Source: a virus
Taxonomy: Duplodnaviria > Caudoviricetes
Virus record (IMG/VR): IMGVR_UViG_3300044538_000007
Span: 1-51,336 of that record
Length of the DNA stretch: 51,336 nucleotides
Strand: one strand, 5' to 3'
In this document: one piece after another, positions 18,906 through 27,170 of the stretch
How positions within the stretch are numbered: position 1 is the first letter of the stretch
Layout: every line of letters starts with the position of its first letter
The notes under the pieces: model-generated
Database searches by the model: none
What the model saw: only the letters and a program-made list of their open reading frames with translations
What the model was told of the DNA's origin: nothing
Translations under genes and position numbers: made by a program

Positions 18906-20030
18906 ATGAGGCCGGTGTCTGATGCGCTGCTGGCCACGGTGCGCGGTTCGCATGGCATGGCCGCCCGCGTCCGGGTGGTCACCACGTACCAAGAAGGCAC
19001 CAACCCGGACGGTGTGGATATCCCGATCGTCGCCGGGGACGTGCAGTTGGACGCGACGGCCGATATCCGATCCACGGTGGACCTGACCACCGATCCCACG
19101 AAGTGGCCGGCCGGGGTCGCCGACCTGGTCACCCCGTACGGCAACGAACTGTTCGTCGAGCGGGGTGTGAAGATCGGCGGCGGCGTGGTCGAGTGGGTAT
19201 CCCAGGGCTATCACCGCATCGACACGGTCGGCCAGGCCGACGCACCGAAAGGTGCGGTCCGCATCGCAGGTAAGGATCGTATGGCCGGCATCGTCGACGG
19301 GCGCCTGGTCGCGCCGCGCCAGTTCGCCGCCACCGCCTCCTATGGTGACATCGTCACCGACCTGATCCGCGACATCTACCCGGCAGCCACTATCGAATGG
19401 GACGACGACACCTATCTGGACACTGCCGGCCGGGCTGGGCTGGTCGCCGAGGAGGACCGGTTCGGATTCCTCAACGAGCTGATCAAGTCCGCGGGGAAGA
19501 TCTGGTATTGGGATCATCGTGGTGTGCTGGTAATCAGGGATCTCCCCGACCAGGCCGACCCGGTCTACGAAATCAGCCATGGCAAGGATGGGGTGCTGGT
19601 CAAGCTCGACCAGGAAATTACCCGCGACGAGGTCTACAACGGGGTCGTCGCAACCGGGCAGGCCGCAGACGACCAGCCACCGGCCCGCGCGGTGGTCGTC
19701 GACAACTGGCAGTCCTCACCCACCGTGTGGGGTGGCCGATTCGGGAAGGTGCCCCGGTTCTATTCGTCGACGTTCATCACTACCGACACGCAAGCGGCAT
19801 CGGCGGCCCTGTCGCTGCTCAGGCAGTCCGTTGGCCTGCCCTACCAGGTCAACTTCGCGGCGGTACCGAACCCGGCGCTTGAACCACACGACCCGATCAA
19901 GGTCCGCTACTCCGGGCAGCGGGGCGCGCAGACCCATGTGGTGGAAACGCTGACCATCCCCCTGACCGCCGCCGACGCCATGATTGGCCGCACCCGCGAG
20001 CAGACGTTCGTCGACCTGGCGGTGACGTGA
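18906..20030 (+). CDS. Minor tail/baseplate hub protein (DUF5047-like)
   Basis: TPYGNELFVERG, YNGVVATG, FGKVPRFYSS, PNPALEPHD. Confidence 0.85.
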   Translation: MRPVSDALLATVRGSHGMAARVRVVTTYQEGTNPDGVDIPIVAGDVQLDATADIRSTVDLTTDPTKWPAGVADLVTPYGNELFVERGVKIGGGVVEWVSQGYHRIDTVGQADAPKGAVRIAGKDRMAGIVDGRLVAPRQFAATASYGDIVTDLIRDIYPAATIEWDDDTYLDTAGRAGLVAEEDRFGFLNELIKSAGKIWYWDHRGVLVIRDLPDQADPVYEISHGKDGVLVKLDQEITRDEVYNGVVATGQAADDQPPARAVVVDNWQSSPTVWGGRFGKVPRFYSSTFITTDTQAASAALSLLRQSVGLPYQVNFAAVPNPALEPHDPIKVRYSGQRGAQTHVVETLTIPLTAADAMIGRTREQTFVDLAVT

Positions 20031-20031
20031 C

Positions 20032-20289
20032 ATGCCATCCGACGACGTGGCCCCCCTGTTCGCAGGCGAACCATCGCAGGGCCTCAGGCTGCGGCAGGGG
20101 ACTGTGGTCGCATTCAACACCACCACAAGGCAGAACACCGTAACCGTGGATGGGCAGACATTCACGGATCTGCCGATGCTGTTCACCGGCGAGAACTTGG
20201 CCGCAGGCAACGTCGTCGCCATCGTCACGGCCGGTGGATCCGCCAGGTCATGGTTCATACTCGGCCGCATCCGCAACCCCACGTCGTAG
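20032..20289 (+). CDS. Small minor tail protein
   Basis: LRQGTV...WFILGRI; position. Confidence 0.7.
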   Translation: MPSDDVAPLFAGEPSQGLRLRQGTVVAFNTTTRQNTVTVDGQTFTDLPMLFTGENLAAGNVVAIVTAGGSARSWFILGRIRNPTS

Positions 20290-20299
20290 GGAGACGACT

Positions 20300-20899
20300 A
20301 TGCCCGATACTCCGGTCTACGGGTTTCCGTACCTTGCGTTGACCGACGCGCCGGACATACCCGCCGTGACGCAGGGGCTCGCCGGAGCGGTCGAAAGCAC
20401 TCTGCAAGCGGAGCTGCCGGCCGCCGCCAAGGGGCTGATCAAAACCCTGACCACGACATCGGGTGATCTCAGTGTTGGCAACACCGATACGGCTGAGAAA
20501 CTGGTTGACACGATCAACAATGTGACCGTCGGCCCCACTGGCGGCGCGAACCGTGCCATCAGGCTAATGTGGAATTTCATGGGCACCGTCGGCGATGCCG
20601 GCCAGTACAACTTCCGCGCCAAGGCGTACTACAAGGCGGCCACCAGTTTCGGTACCCTGTCCGGCGCCACACAGTTCATCAACGGGGTGATGTCCTGGGA
20701 CTGGGCGAACTTCAAGGACGATCTGATCACGATCCCGTTCTACACGTCGCTCGGGTCGGTCACCGTGTACTCGTTTGGCCTGTCGATCCAGCGGATCACC
20801 GCCGGCACGCTGAGCGGCGGATACACGGTCCGTGGCAGTAGTAACTATCCGCGGCGCGCGCTGCTGGAGGACATTGGCCTCGGTTCGGCTATCGCCTAG
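20300..20899 (+). CDS. Minor tail / receptor-binding-like protein
   Basis: MPDTPVYGFPY...DAPDIP N-terminus typical of tail fibre anchors; RBS GGGAG. Confidence 0.7.
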   Translation: MPDTPVYGFPYLALTDAPDIPAVTQGLAGAVESTLQAELPAAAKGLIKTLTTTSGDLSVGNTDTAEKLVDTINNVTVGPTGGANRAIRLMWNFMGTVGDAGQYNFRAKAYYKAATSFGTLSGATQFINGVMSWDWANFKDDLITIPFYTSLGSVTVYSFGLSIQRITAGTLSGGYTVRGSSNYPRRALLEDIGLGSAIA

Positions 20900-21789
20900 C
20901 CGCAGTTCGCGGTCTCCCACGCCAGCAGGTCCGGCGCCCGGTTGGTGATGATGCCGTCAACCCCGGCGGCGGCCAGTTTGGACCAGTTGGCCGACGTGTC
21001 GGTGGTGGCGGTGTCCGAGGTCCAGGTGTAGACCTGCAGCCCATTGTCGTGCCAGTACCGGATCGCCGATGCGGTGACACCCAAGTACAGGACGGTGTAT
21101 GCGGAGCCGCCCTGCGCCCGAACGTAGGCGCCGGAGCGGATCTCACCCGCGGCGGTCATCGCGCTCAGCGTCGAGTAGCCTTCGATCACCACATACGTAA
21201 AGTTCGGGTACATGGCCCGCATCGTCTTAACCGTCGCGGCGTTGGCCTGGAACAAGGTCCGGCCAGACCAGCCGAACAGGTTCACGTAGGCGGCCAACTT
21301 GTCCATCTGCACCCGGGTCGGCACCTGCATGATGTCCAGGACCACGTCCAGGTTGCCCGTCGAAGCTGCTTTCATGAAGTCGTAGCCGTAGGGGACGTGC
21401 TCGTCCGGGTAGGTGGCCATCGTGTCGACCCGCAGCGCGGTTGCCTGCGACAGGTACAGGCCGGTCACAGCCCCGGCGCCGTTCGTGGTGCGGTCAACTG
21501 TCGGGTCGTGCATGAGGACCGGAAAGTCTGATCTGGTCCATCGGACGTCCATCTCGACCGCCTTGGCGCCGGCGGTGGCCGCCCATTGGATCCCGACCAC
21601 CGTGTTTTCCGGTCGAGCTCCCATACCCGTGCGGTGGACGATCACGTCGGGGCAGCCGGTGAGGGCGGCGGTCGGTTCGATTCGGGTGGGGCTGCTGTCG
21701 GGGCTGCCCATGATGGCCTGACCGGCCAATGCGCCACCGGTGAGTGTGAGGACGGCGGCGGCGAGTAGGGCGATGCGTCTGCGGATCAT
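20896..21789 (-). CDS. Secreted glycerophosphodiester phosphodiesterase (GDPD)
   Basis: Signal peptide MIRRRIALLAAAVL; VHRTG, PENT, VEMDVRWT, VLMHDPTVDRTT, VYTWT, GVDGIITNR. Confidence 0.88.
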   Translation of the reverse strand: MIRRRIALLAAAVLTLTGGALAGQAIMGSPDSSPTRIEPTAALTGCPDVIVHRTGMGARPENTVVGIQWAATAGAKAVEMDVRWTRSDFPVLMHDPTVDRTTNGAGAVTGLYLSQATALRVDTMATYPDEHVPYGYDFMKAASTGNLDVVLDIMQVPTRVQMDKLAAYVNLFGWSGRTLFQANAATVKTMRAMYPNFTYVVIEGYSTLSAMTAAGEIRSGAYVRAQGGSAYTVLYLGVTASAIRYWHDNGLQVYTWTSDTATTDTSANWSKLAAAGVDGIITNRAPDLLAWETANCG

Positions 21790-21794
21790 TGGTT

Positions 21795-22019
21795 TCACTT
21801 CTCTCGTAGTGCGGTGATGACGGTGTGGACGGTGACTCCGACTTGGTCGGCGATTTCGGCGCGGGTGCCTGCCCCTGTGCGGTGGGCGACGCGGATCGCT
21901 TCGTCGCGGATCGTCTGCGCGGTGGTGGTTTGCTGCCGGACTTGTTCGATGAAGTCCTGCGCCGCCCGGGCACGCCTTACGGGGTCTTGGATGGTTCGGA
22001 TGGTGCCGAGTTGGCTCAC
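21795..22019 (-). CDS. Small HTH DNA-binding protein
   Basis: TRAEIADQVGVTVHTV HTH; GTG start 6 nt after a TATGTT -10. Confidence 0.7.
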   Translation of the reverse strand: MSQLGTIRTIQDPVRRARAAQDFIEQVRQQTTTAQTIRDEAIRVAHRTGAGTRAEIADQVGVTVHTVITALREK

Positions 22020-22025
22020 ACAACC

Positions 22026-22060
22026 AACATAGCATGTACCGTGTAACACGCTACACGGTA
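22026..22060 (-). promoter_or_regulatory. Leftward extended -10 promoter with operator TACCGTGTA-N6-TACACGGTA
   Basis: Perfect 9-bp inverted repeat at 22037-22045/22052-22060; TGcTATGTT on the minus strand. Confidence 0.6.
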
Positions 22061-22137
22061 GGTCTGGTGTTGCACGGGGCGCCACAAACACCCATCCCCC
22101 AGAAACATGACACACTGCCCGTGAAGGGAGGCCGGCA

Positions 22138-23043
22138 ATGGCGATTGAGGGTGTGGACTACGCCGGTTCGCGGCCGTCCCCGGCCGGCCTGTTCGCGGCA
22201 GGGAAACGGTTCGCCGTCCGCTACGGCGGCCCCGGCGGATCGTGGAAGCATCTCACCAAGGCCGAGGCCGGGTCGCTGACCGCAGCCGGGCTGTCGCTGG
22301 TCGCGAACGCCGAAGGCACCGCGGATGGTCTGCTCGGCGGCCGGGCCGCCGGGGTGGCGTGGGCACGGGCGGCCGATGAGCATTTCCGGGACATCGGCAT
22401 GCCCGCCAACCGGCCGATCTACCTGTCGCTGGACATCGACCCGAGGCCGCTGACCGGCGGACAGTGGGCCGCGGTGGACGCCGCTTTGGACGGCGCCGCC
22501 GACGTGCTCGGCCGGGGCCGGGTCGGCATCTACGGCGGGCACGCCGCGATCGCCCGGTACGCCGCCAACCGCAAAGCGGTCTGGTACTGGCAGACCTACG
22601 CGTGGAGTGGTGGGCGGTGGCACGACCGGAACCACCTGGAGCAGTACCGCAACGGCGTCACCATGGCCGGCGGACAGGTGGACTTGTGCCGGGCGTTGAC
22701 CGCCGACTATGGACAGTGGGGCCAGCCAACCGTGGAGGACGACATGAACAACGCGCAGAACAATGCGCTGAGCGATGCGTGGGCCGTGTCGGAGGCGTTG
22801 CGCTCGGGCGGCAACGCGCCGGCGAGCTCAACCGACACGGCCGGGCCGGTGTGGCTGGTCGAGCAGGTCAAGAAGATGACCGCGGAGTTGGCCGCGATCC
22901 GCGCCAGCCTCGGGGACCTGGACGAGCACGCCGTCGCTGCCGCGGTACTGGCCGTGCTGACCCCGCAGGCGATCGCCGCGGCCATCCCGGCGGAGCTCGC
23001 CGGGCAGGTCGCCGACGAGCTCGCCACTCGGCTCCAGAACTGA
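22138..23043 (+). CDS. Endolysin (DUF1906/Rv2525c-like glycoside hydrolase)
   Basis: GVDYA...FAVRY, PIYLSLD, GIYGG, WQTYAWSGG; followed by membrane proteins. Confidence 0.85.
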   Translation: MAIEGVDYAGSRPSPAGLFAAGKRFAVRYGGPGGSWKHLTKAEAGSLTAAGLSLVANAEGTADGLLGGRAAGVAWARAADEHFRDIGMPANRPIYLSLDIDPRPLTGGQWAAVDAALDGAADVLGRGRVGIYGGHAAIARYAANRKAVWYWQTYAWSGGRWHDRNHLEQYRNGVTMAGGQVDLCRALTADYGQWGQPTVEDDMNNAQNNALSDAWAVSEALRSGGNAPASSTDTAGPVWLVEQVKKMTAELAAIRASLGDLDEHAVAAAVLAVLTPQAIAAAIPAELAGQVADELATRLQN

Positions 23044-23059
23044 CGGGTCGGCTGCGTGA

Positions 23060-23317
23060 GTGAAGCCAGAGCGCGTCGTACCGGTCGTCCGGGACGTGGT
23101 GTTCCTGTTCGGCGGGACATTCGTGTTCGTCAACGAAGCCCTCGCCCAGGCCCGGTGGATACCGATGGTCCTCGCCATGCTGTTCGCGGCCGGCCCCGCA
23201 GCCGTGGCGGCGTACTGGTCTACGGGACGTACCCCGGCCAGTGGGTCGTCGGCGCCGTCTCCGCCATCCTCGTCGTCATCATCGCCGTCACCCTTGTCTT
23301 CGCCAGGTGAGCCATGA
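23060..23317 (+). CDS. Membrane protein (lysis cassette)
   Basis: Two hydrophobic segments and a Ser/Pro-rich tail. Confidence 0.65.
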   Translation: MKPERVVPVVRDVVFLFGGTFVFVNEALAQARWIPMVLAMLFAAGPAAVAAYWSTGRTPASGSSAPSPPSSSSSSPSPLSSPGEP

Positions 23318-23628
23318 GGAGATCCGGAGTGCTTGCCCCCGGGTCGCCGCGGTGGCGGGCGGTTGCGTTCGTCGCGTCGCTGCTGGCCGTCGTCGGGCTG
23401 AATATTGGCTACACGAGCGTGGTGCAACATCAGGCGAAGGCGCGGGCCGCGGCGGAGCAGCGGGCCCGGGAGGCGGCACTGGCCGAGCAGCAGCGGGTGA
23501 CCCGCCTGGTGTGGTGCACGGTCGCCGAACCGGTCATCGCGCAGGCGAAGAAACATCCGCCGGCCACCGACGTGGAGCGGCGCCGGCTGTACCTGGCCGA
23601 GCAGTTGTGGACCGCCTACCGCTGCTGA
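23314..23628 (+). CDS. Membrane protein (lysis cassette)
   Basis: One TM segment, coiled region, two Cys. Confidence 0.65.
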   Translation: MRRSGVLAPGSPRWRAVAFVASLLAVVGLNIGYTSVVQHQAKARAAAEQRAREAALAEQQRVTRLVWCTVAEPVIAQAKKHPPATDVERRRLYLAEQLWTAYRC

Positions 23629-23695
23629 CAAGTCGTGCCCCGGTCGCCAAGGGGTCGACCCGGGCACCCAACCCCCAACCCCCGAAGGAGAGATC

Positions 23696-23971
23696 ATGCC
23701 CCTAGCGGAAATCGACGGCTCGCGCGAGAGCATCGAGGCGCAGCTTGAGGGCCGGCACCCGGCCACGGTGAGCATCGCTCGCTACTTCGCCTACTCGCAC
23801 CTGAAGACGCCGCTGCGTGGGATCAGCGCGGCCTGCGCCACGATGGCGCTCAACCTGATAGGCAGCCTGCCCGACGGCCCGGAGCTGACCACTGGTCTGC
23901 GCAAGTTGCTGGAGGCGAAGGATTGCTTCGTCCGCGCCGCGCTCGACACCGCACAGGAGAGAGTCCGATGA
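23696..23971 (+). CDS. Conserved small helical phage protein
   Basis: FAYSHL...LPDGPELTTGLRKLLEAKDCFVRA; RBS AAGGAG. Confidence 0.75.
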   Translation: MPLAEIDGSRESIEAQLEGRHPATVSIARYFAYSHLKTPLRGISAACATMALNLIGSLPDGPELTTGLRKLLEAKDCFVRAALDTAQERVR

Positions 23972-24201
23972 AGGGTTTCAAGTTCGAGCCGGTCAAGTGG
24001 GGCGCAACCATCGTCGCCCTGGTGATCGCGGCCATGTCGGTCCCCGAGTTCGTGAACATCCTGCCGGAGAACGTACGTGGCTGGGTTCTGATCGGCATCG
24101 CGGTCGCGGTTCGGCTGGGCGTACCGGCTATCCGGTCCAAGACGACACCGCTGGCCGCGCCGGAGGACGCCGAAGGCCGGCAACTGGTGCCACGGTCATG
24201 A
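23968..24201 (+). CDS. Holin-like membrane protein
   Basis: EPV N-terminus, two TM segments, RSKTTP end. Confidence 0.6.
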   Translation: MKGFKFEPVKWGATIVALVIAAMSVPEFVNILPENVRGWVLIGIAVAVRLGVPAIRSKTTPLAAPEDAEGRQLVPRS

Positions 24202-24524
24202 CCAGTGAAGGGTGGGCCAAGTCGTGGACCGGTGTACGACCTGAGTCCCCCGCGTCGCACGCCAAGGACGCGGTTCTAACGATACGGATGCCCGCCGACC
24301 TGCTCGCGGCACTGCGCGAGTTGGCCGACGAGCGTGGCCTGACCACGAGCGATCTGCTGCGGGGCGAGATTCAGCGACTGACCCGGAAGCCGATCGGCTG
24401 GGCGTGCGAGCACGTGAACATGACCTCGCTGCCGGGTGTGCTCAAGCAGTTGACCGGCGGGTGCGGCTGCGAGATGCGGCCGGTTTACCACGTCCGGGAT
24501 CTTCCGCCGGTACCGGTGCCATGA
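24198..24524 (+). CDS. Ribbon-helix-helix DNA-binding protein
   Basis: VLTIRMPADLLAALRELADERGLTTSDLLR. Confidence 0.75.
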   Translation: MTSEGWAKSWTGVRPESPASHAKDAVLTIRMPADLLAALRELADERGLTTSDLLRGEIQRLTRKPIGWACEHVNMTSLPGVLKQLTGGCGCEMRPVYHVRDLPPVPVP

Positions 24525-24628
24525 CCCAGGCCGTTGTCGTACTGATGTGCGACAATGAACGAAGGGTGGCCCCGGCGTGCGTGAACACCCGGGGCCTGAC
24601 GGAACACCTATCGGAGAGGCGTCCGCTG

Positions 24629-25120
24629 ATGCAGACTATCCCGCTGACCCGCGGCCGGGTATCCCTGGTCGATGACGAGGACTATGCGGCAGTGATGGCT
24701 GCCGGTTCGTGGCAGGCCCATCGCCTACGGGACGGCAGCGATATCTGGTATGCAGTGAGAAGGCAATACTCTGACGGCAAACGCCGACATGTAGCCCTGC
24801 ATACCTTCCTAACCGGCTGGTCCTACGTCGACCACATCAACAGCGACGGCCTCGACAATCGCCGCAGCAACTTGCGACCGGTGAACGCTTCACTGAACTC
24901 GGCGAATCGCCGCATATCTAGTAGGAACACCAGCGGGTACAAGGGAGTGAGTTTCCAGCGGTCGTCCGGCTGGTGGCACGCCTACATCAAGGTCAACCAG
25001 CGTCGACGCCACCTCGGTTACTTCGATACCGCCGAAGCCGCAGCCCACGCGTACGACGCTGCCGCCCTGGACATCTGGGGTGAATATGCCCGGACCAACT
25101 TCCCTGTGAGCCAGCGATGA
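24629..25120 (+). CDS. HNH-AP2 homing endonuclease
   Basis: VDHINSDGLDNRRSNLR, NTSGYKGV, HLGYFDTAEAAAHAYD. Confidence 0.92.
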   Translation: MQTIPLTRGRVSLVDDEDYAAVMAAGSWQAHRLRDGSDIWYAVRRQYSDGKRRHVALHTFLTGWSYVDHINSDGLDNRRSNLRPVNASLNSANRRISSRNTSGYKGVSFQRSSGWWHAYIKVNQRRRHLGYFDTAEAAAHAYDAAALDIWGEYARTNFPVSQR

Positions 25121-25383
25121 CACAAGATTCCGCCTGGATCGGCTTCCTCGCCGGCGCCGGCGGAATGCTGCTCGCCGGGGGTGCCTGGTTCTGGCGGCTG
25201 GAAGCCCCCGGCCTCAAGCCGGAGAAAGGGTCGCTCACCTTGTCGTGGACTTTGCGTCGCTGGCTGGGTGTGCGCCCGGCGGCCTCGAGGCGGGTGTGGG
25301 CGGTGCCGCTGTTCCTCGCGTTCCTCGCCGCCGTGGTCGGCGGGGCATGCTGGCTCGGCGTGCACATCGTGGCTGGTGGCTGA
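25117..25383 (+). CDS. Membrane protein
   Basis: Two TM segments, TLSWTLRRWLG. Confidence 0.7.
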   Translation: MTQDSAWIGFLAGAGGMLLAGGAWFWRLEAPGLKPEKGSLTLSWTLRRWLGVRPAASRRVWAVPLFLAFLAAVVGGACWLGVHIVAGG

Positions 25384-25577
25384 TGGCCGACTTCGAGCGC
25401 TGGCTGCGCAGCACCGGCGGTGGCCGGCCATTGCCCGACGCCCGACAGCGGATGGCAGCCCAGCTCTACGCGGCGACCGGCTGGGACATCTTCTCCGAGG
25501 CGTCAGCAGAACGACCGTACGTCTCTCGACTCTGGGCTGAGGACTGGGACAGCCCCGAGGACGTGGCGGGTGGCTGA
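25383..25577 (+). CDS. Hypothetical protein
   Basis: TGATG coupling; ends WAEDWDSPEDVAGG. Confidence 0.6.
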   Translation: MADFERWLRSTGGGRPLPDARQRMAAQLYAATGWDIFSEASAERPYVSRLWAEDWDSPEDVAGG

Positions 25578-25687
25578 TGACTGACCTCGAACGTTGGGTG
25601 CGTCATGCGGCGGTGGTGGCCCGGGTGCGTCGCCGGTACCGCCGCCGCGCCCTGTCGCGCGTCAGCCCCGGCTGGTGGTGCCGGTGA
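25577..25687 (+). CDS. 36-aa hypothetical protein (not in the ORF track)
   Basis: MTDLERWVRH...WWCR; TGATG coupling at both ends. Confidence 0.45.
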   Translation: MTDLERWVRHAAVVARVRRRYRRRALSRVSPGWWCR

Positions 25688-25845
25688 TGGCCCGCATGCT
25701 CGGCCGCTTCGGCTGGCATCTGCACGGCCACTCCGGCCAGTACCCGTGCCAGGAGTGCAACTCCGGCCACTTCATCGGCCGCCGGGAACGGAAGCGGATC
25801 GAGACGCGGCAGTGGAAGCGGGAAGTACGCAGGTGGTGCCGGTAG
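25687..25845 (+). CDS. Small basic hypothetical protein
   Basis: MARMLGR...CQEC...KRIETRQWKRE. Confidence 0.55.
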   Translation: MARMLGRFGWHLHGHSGQYPCQECNSGHFIGRRERKRIETRQWKREVRRWCR

Positions 25846-25934
25846 ACTGAACCCCCCGGCCGGTTGTAAGCCCGGTGGGTGCCAGGCAGCTAGTGTCGGC
25901 CCGCTACGGTGGTCACCGGCCAGAGTCCACATGC

Positions 25935-25969
25935 GAAGCGCCGCTCTCCTTCGGGGAGGGCGGCGCTTC
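25935..25969. terminator. Probable bidirectional intrinsic terminator
   Basis: GAAGCGCCGCTCTCC-TTCG-GGGAGGGCGGCGCTTC hairpin at the convergence of two transcription units. Confidence 0.75.
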
Positions 25970-25982
25970 TTGCTGTCCGGGG

Positions 25983-26183
25983 TCAGTGGAAGACCGGCGG
26001 CTCCGGCACCTTCCCCACCGTCAGGTCGAAGTCGTCGTCGTCGATCGACGGCTCGGTGAAGGGGATGATTCGGGCGGCGGGCCGACCGTTGCGGGTAAGG
26101 ACGATGTCCGCGCCCTGCTGGGCCGCGGTGATCAGGTCACCGAGCCGGCCCCGGGCTTCCTCAATGCCGTATCTGCTGGTCAT
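25983..26183 (-). CDS. Phd/YefM-family antitoxin (no adjacent toxin seen)
   Basis: YGIEEARGRLGDLITAA..G.DIVLTRNGRPAARIIP. Confidence 0.85.
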   Translation of the reverse strand: MTSRYGIEEARGRLGDLITAAQQGADIVLTRNGRPAARIIPFTEPSIDDDDFDLTVGKVPEPPVFH

Positions 26184-26190
26184 GACTCAA

Positions 26191-26220
26191 AGCTTAAGGG
26201 ATTCGCTGGGCTTGCGTCAA
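26191..26220 (-). promoter_or_regulatory. Sigma70-type promoter TTGACG-N18-TAAGCT for the Phd-like gene
   Basis: -10 ends 7 nt before the ATG, implying a (near-)leaderless mRNA. Confidence 0.7.
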
Positions 26221-26230
26221 GGGGGGGGCC

Positions 26231-26473
26231 TCAGTAGTCGGTGGCGCCGCGGGTCCGGTCCAGCAGCAGCCGCGCCTTCTCCCGTTCCGCGTCCGCCCAC
26301 GTCGGGCAGCCACCCTGCCACAACACACCCGCCCAGTTGCAGCCCGCCTTGCAGGTGCCATCCGTCTGGGTGGTGTGCGCCTGCAGGATTGCGTCGAGGT
26401 CGGGCAGGTTGCGGGTCGGTTTCCAGCTGGCCGGGCCAGGCCATTCCCGGCGAATGTCGTCCACGGTGCTCAC
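26231..26473 (-). CDS. Hypothetical Cys/His-containing protein
   Basis: RBS GGAGGAG; H...CKAGC...CP. Confidence 0.6.
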   Translation of the reverse strand: MSTVDDIRREWPGPASWKPTRNLPDLDAILQAHTTQTDGTCKAGCNWAGVLWQGGCPTWADAEREKARLLLDRTRGATDY

Positions 26474-26559
26474 AGCCACTCCTCCCACATGTGGTGGGGT
26501 TCCCGGCCGGCGGCGGTCAAGGGCGGCGGCACCGCCGGCCGGGAAGACTCGGGGATCAT
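26470..26559 (-). CDS. 29-aa hypothetical peptide (not in the ORF track)
   Basis: RBS GGAGG then MIPESSRPAV...WEEWL; GTGA overlap with the next gene. Confidence 0.4.
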   Translation of the reverse strand: MIPESSRPAVPPPLTAAGREPHHMWEEWL

Positions 26560-26653
26560 CGTGGGGTTCCTCCGTGGGTTAGGGGCGCGGCGGCCGGGTC
26601 GCTGCCCGGTAACGGGGGTACCTTGCTCCGGCCGCCGCGCGTTCATGGGGTCG

Positions 26654-26971
26654 TCAGTCCGTCCACGGCGGGTTCAGCGGATCAATCCCCTCGTCCTGCT
26701 GGAACGTGGAGACCGGGTCCGGGTTGGATCCGCTGTCCGACAGGGCGTTGGAGACACCGACAACGATGAGGAGCCCGACGATGATCGTTGCGGTCATGAG
26801 CAGGATCGCCTCGGCCAGGGCGATGATGCCGAGGACACGCAGCACGGCGGTGCTGCGCCGGCCATGCGGGGTCGTCTGCCGGTAGGTGGTCGGGCTGGCC
26901 GGCGGGGACACTGGGGCCGGTGGCCACACCTTCCGCTCGTATGGGGTGTGGGGCGGGTTGGGCTGGGACAT
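26654..26971 (-). CDS. Membrane protein
   Basis: Pro-rich N-terminus, long hydrophobic segment; RBS AAGGAG. Confidence 0.7.
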   Translation of the reverse strand: MSQPNPPHTPYERKVWPPAPVSPPASPTTYRQTTPHGRRSTAVLRVLGIIALAEAILLMTATIIVGLLIVVGVSNALSDSGSNPDPVSTFQQDEGIDPLNPPWTD

Positions 26972-27105
26972 TGGGGTTCATCTCCTTGCCGAAGCTTGCC
27001 GAAGCTGGGCGCGGCGGCCGGCAGCTTCGGCAAAACCGGCCGCCGCTCTCGGGACGCTCGCCGTACCAGGCGCCAACCGTGGCCCGTGCGCGTCCCTCAT
27101 CTGCT

Positions 27106-27137
27106 AAGCTAGTTCACGTAGTGCACCACGTCAACTA
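27106..27137 (-). promoter_or_regulatory. Leftward promoter TTGACG-N17-TAGCTT overlapped by a 28-bp palindrome (likely GntR operator)
   Basis: TAGTTCACGTAGTGCACCACGTCAACTA at 27110-27137, two mismatched pairs. Confidence 0.7.
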
Positions 27138-27170
27138 CGGTCTTGAAGTGGGAGGCTCGATCATGGTCAG

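Noticed and set aside
25846-25934. Possible tRNA or tRNA-like RNA around TTGTAAG
   Set aside because: Could not build a cloverleaf; no T-loop GTTCRA and no CCA end. No tRNA was recognised anywhere in the window.
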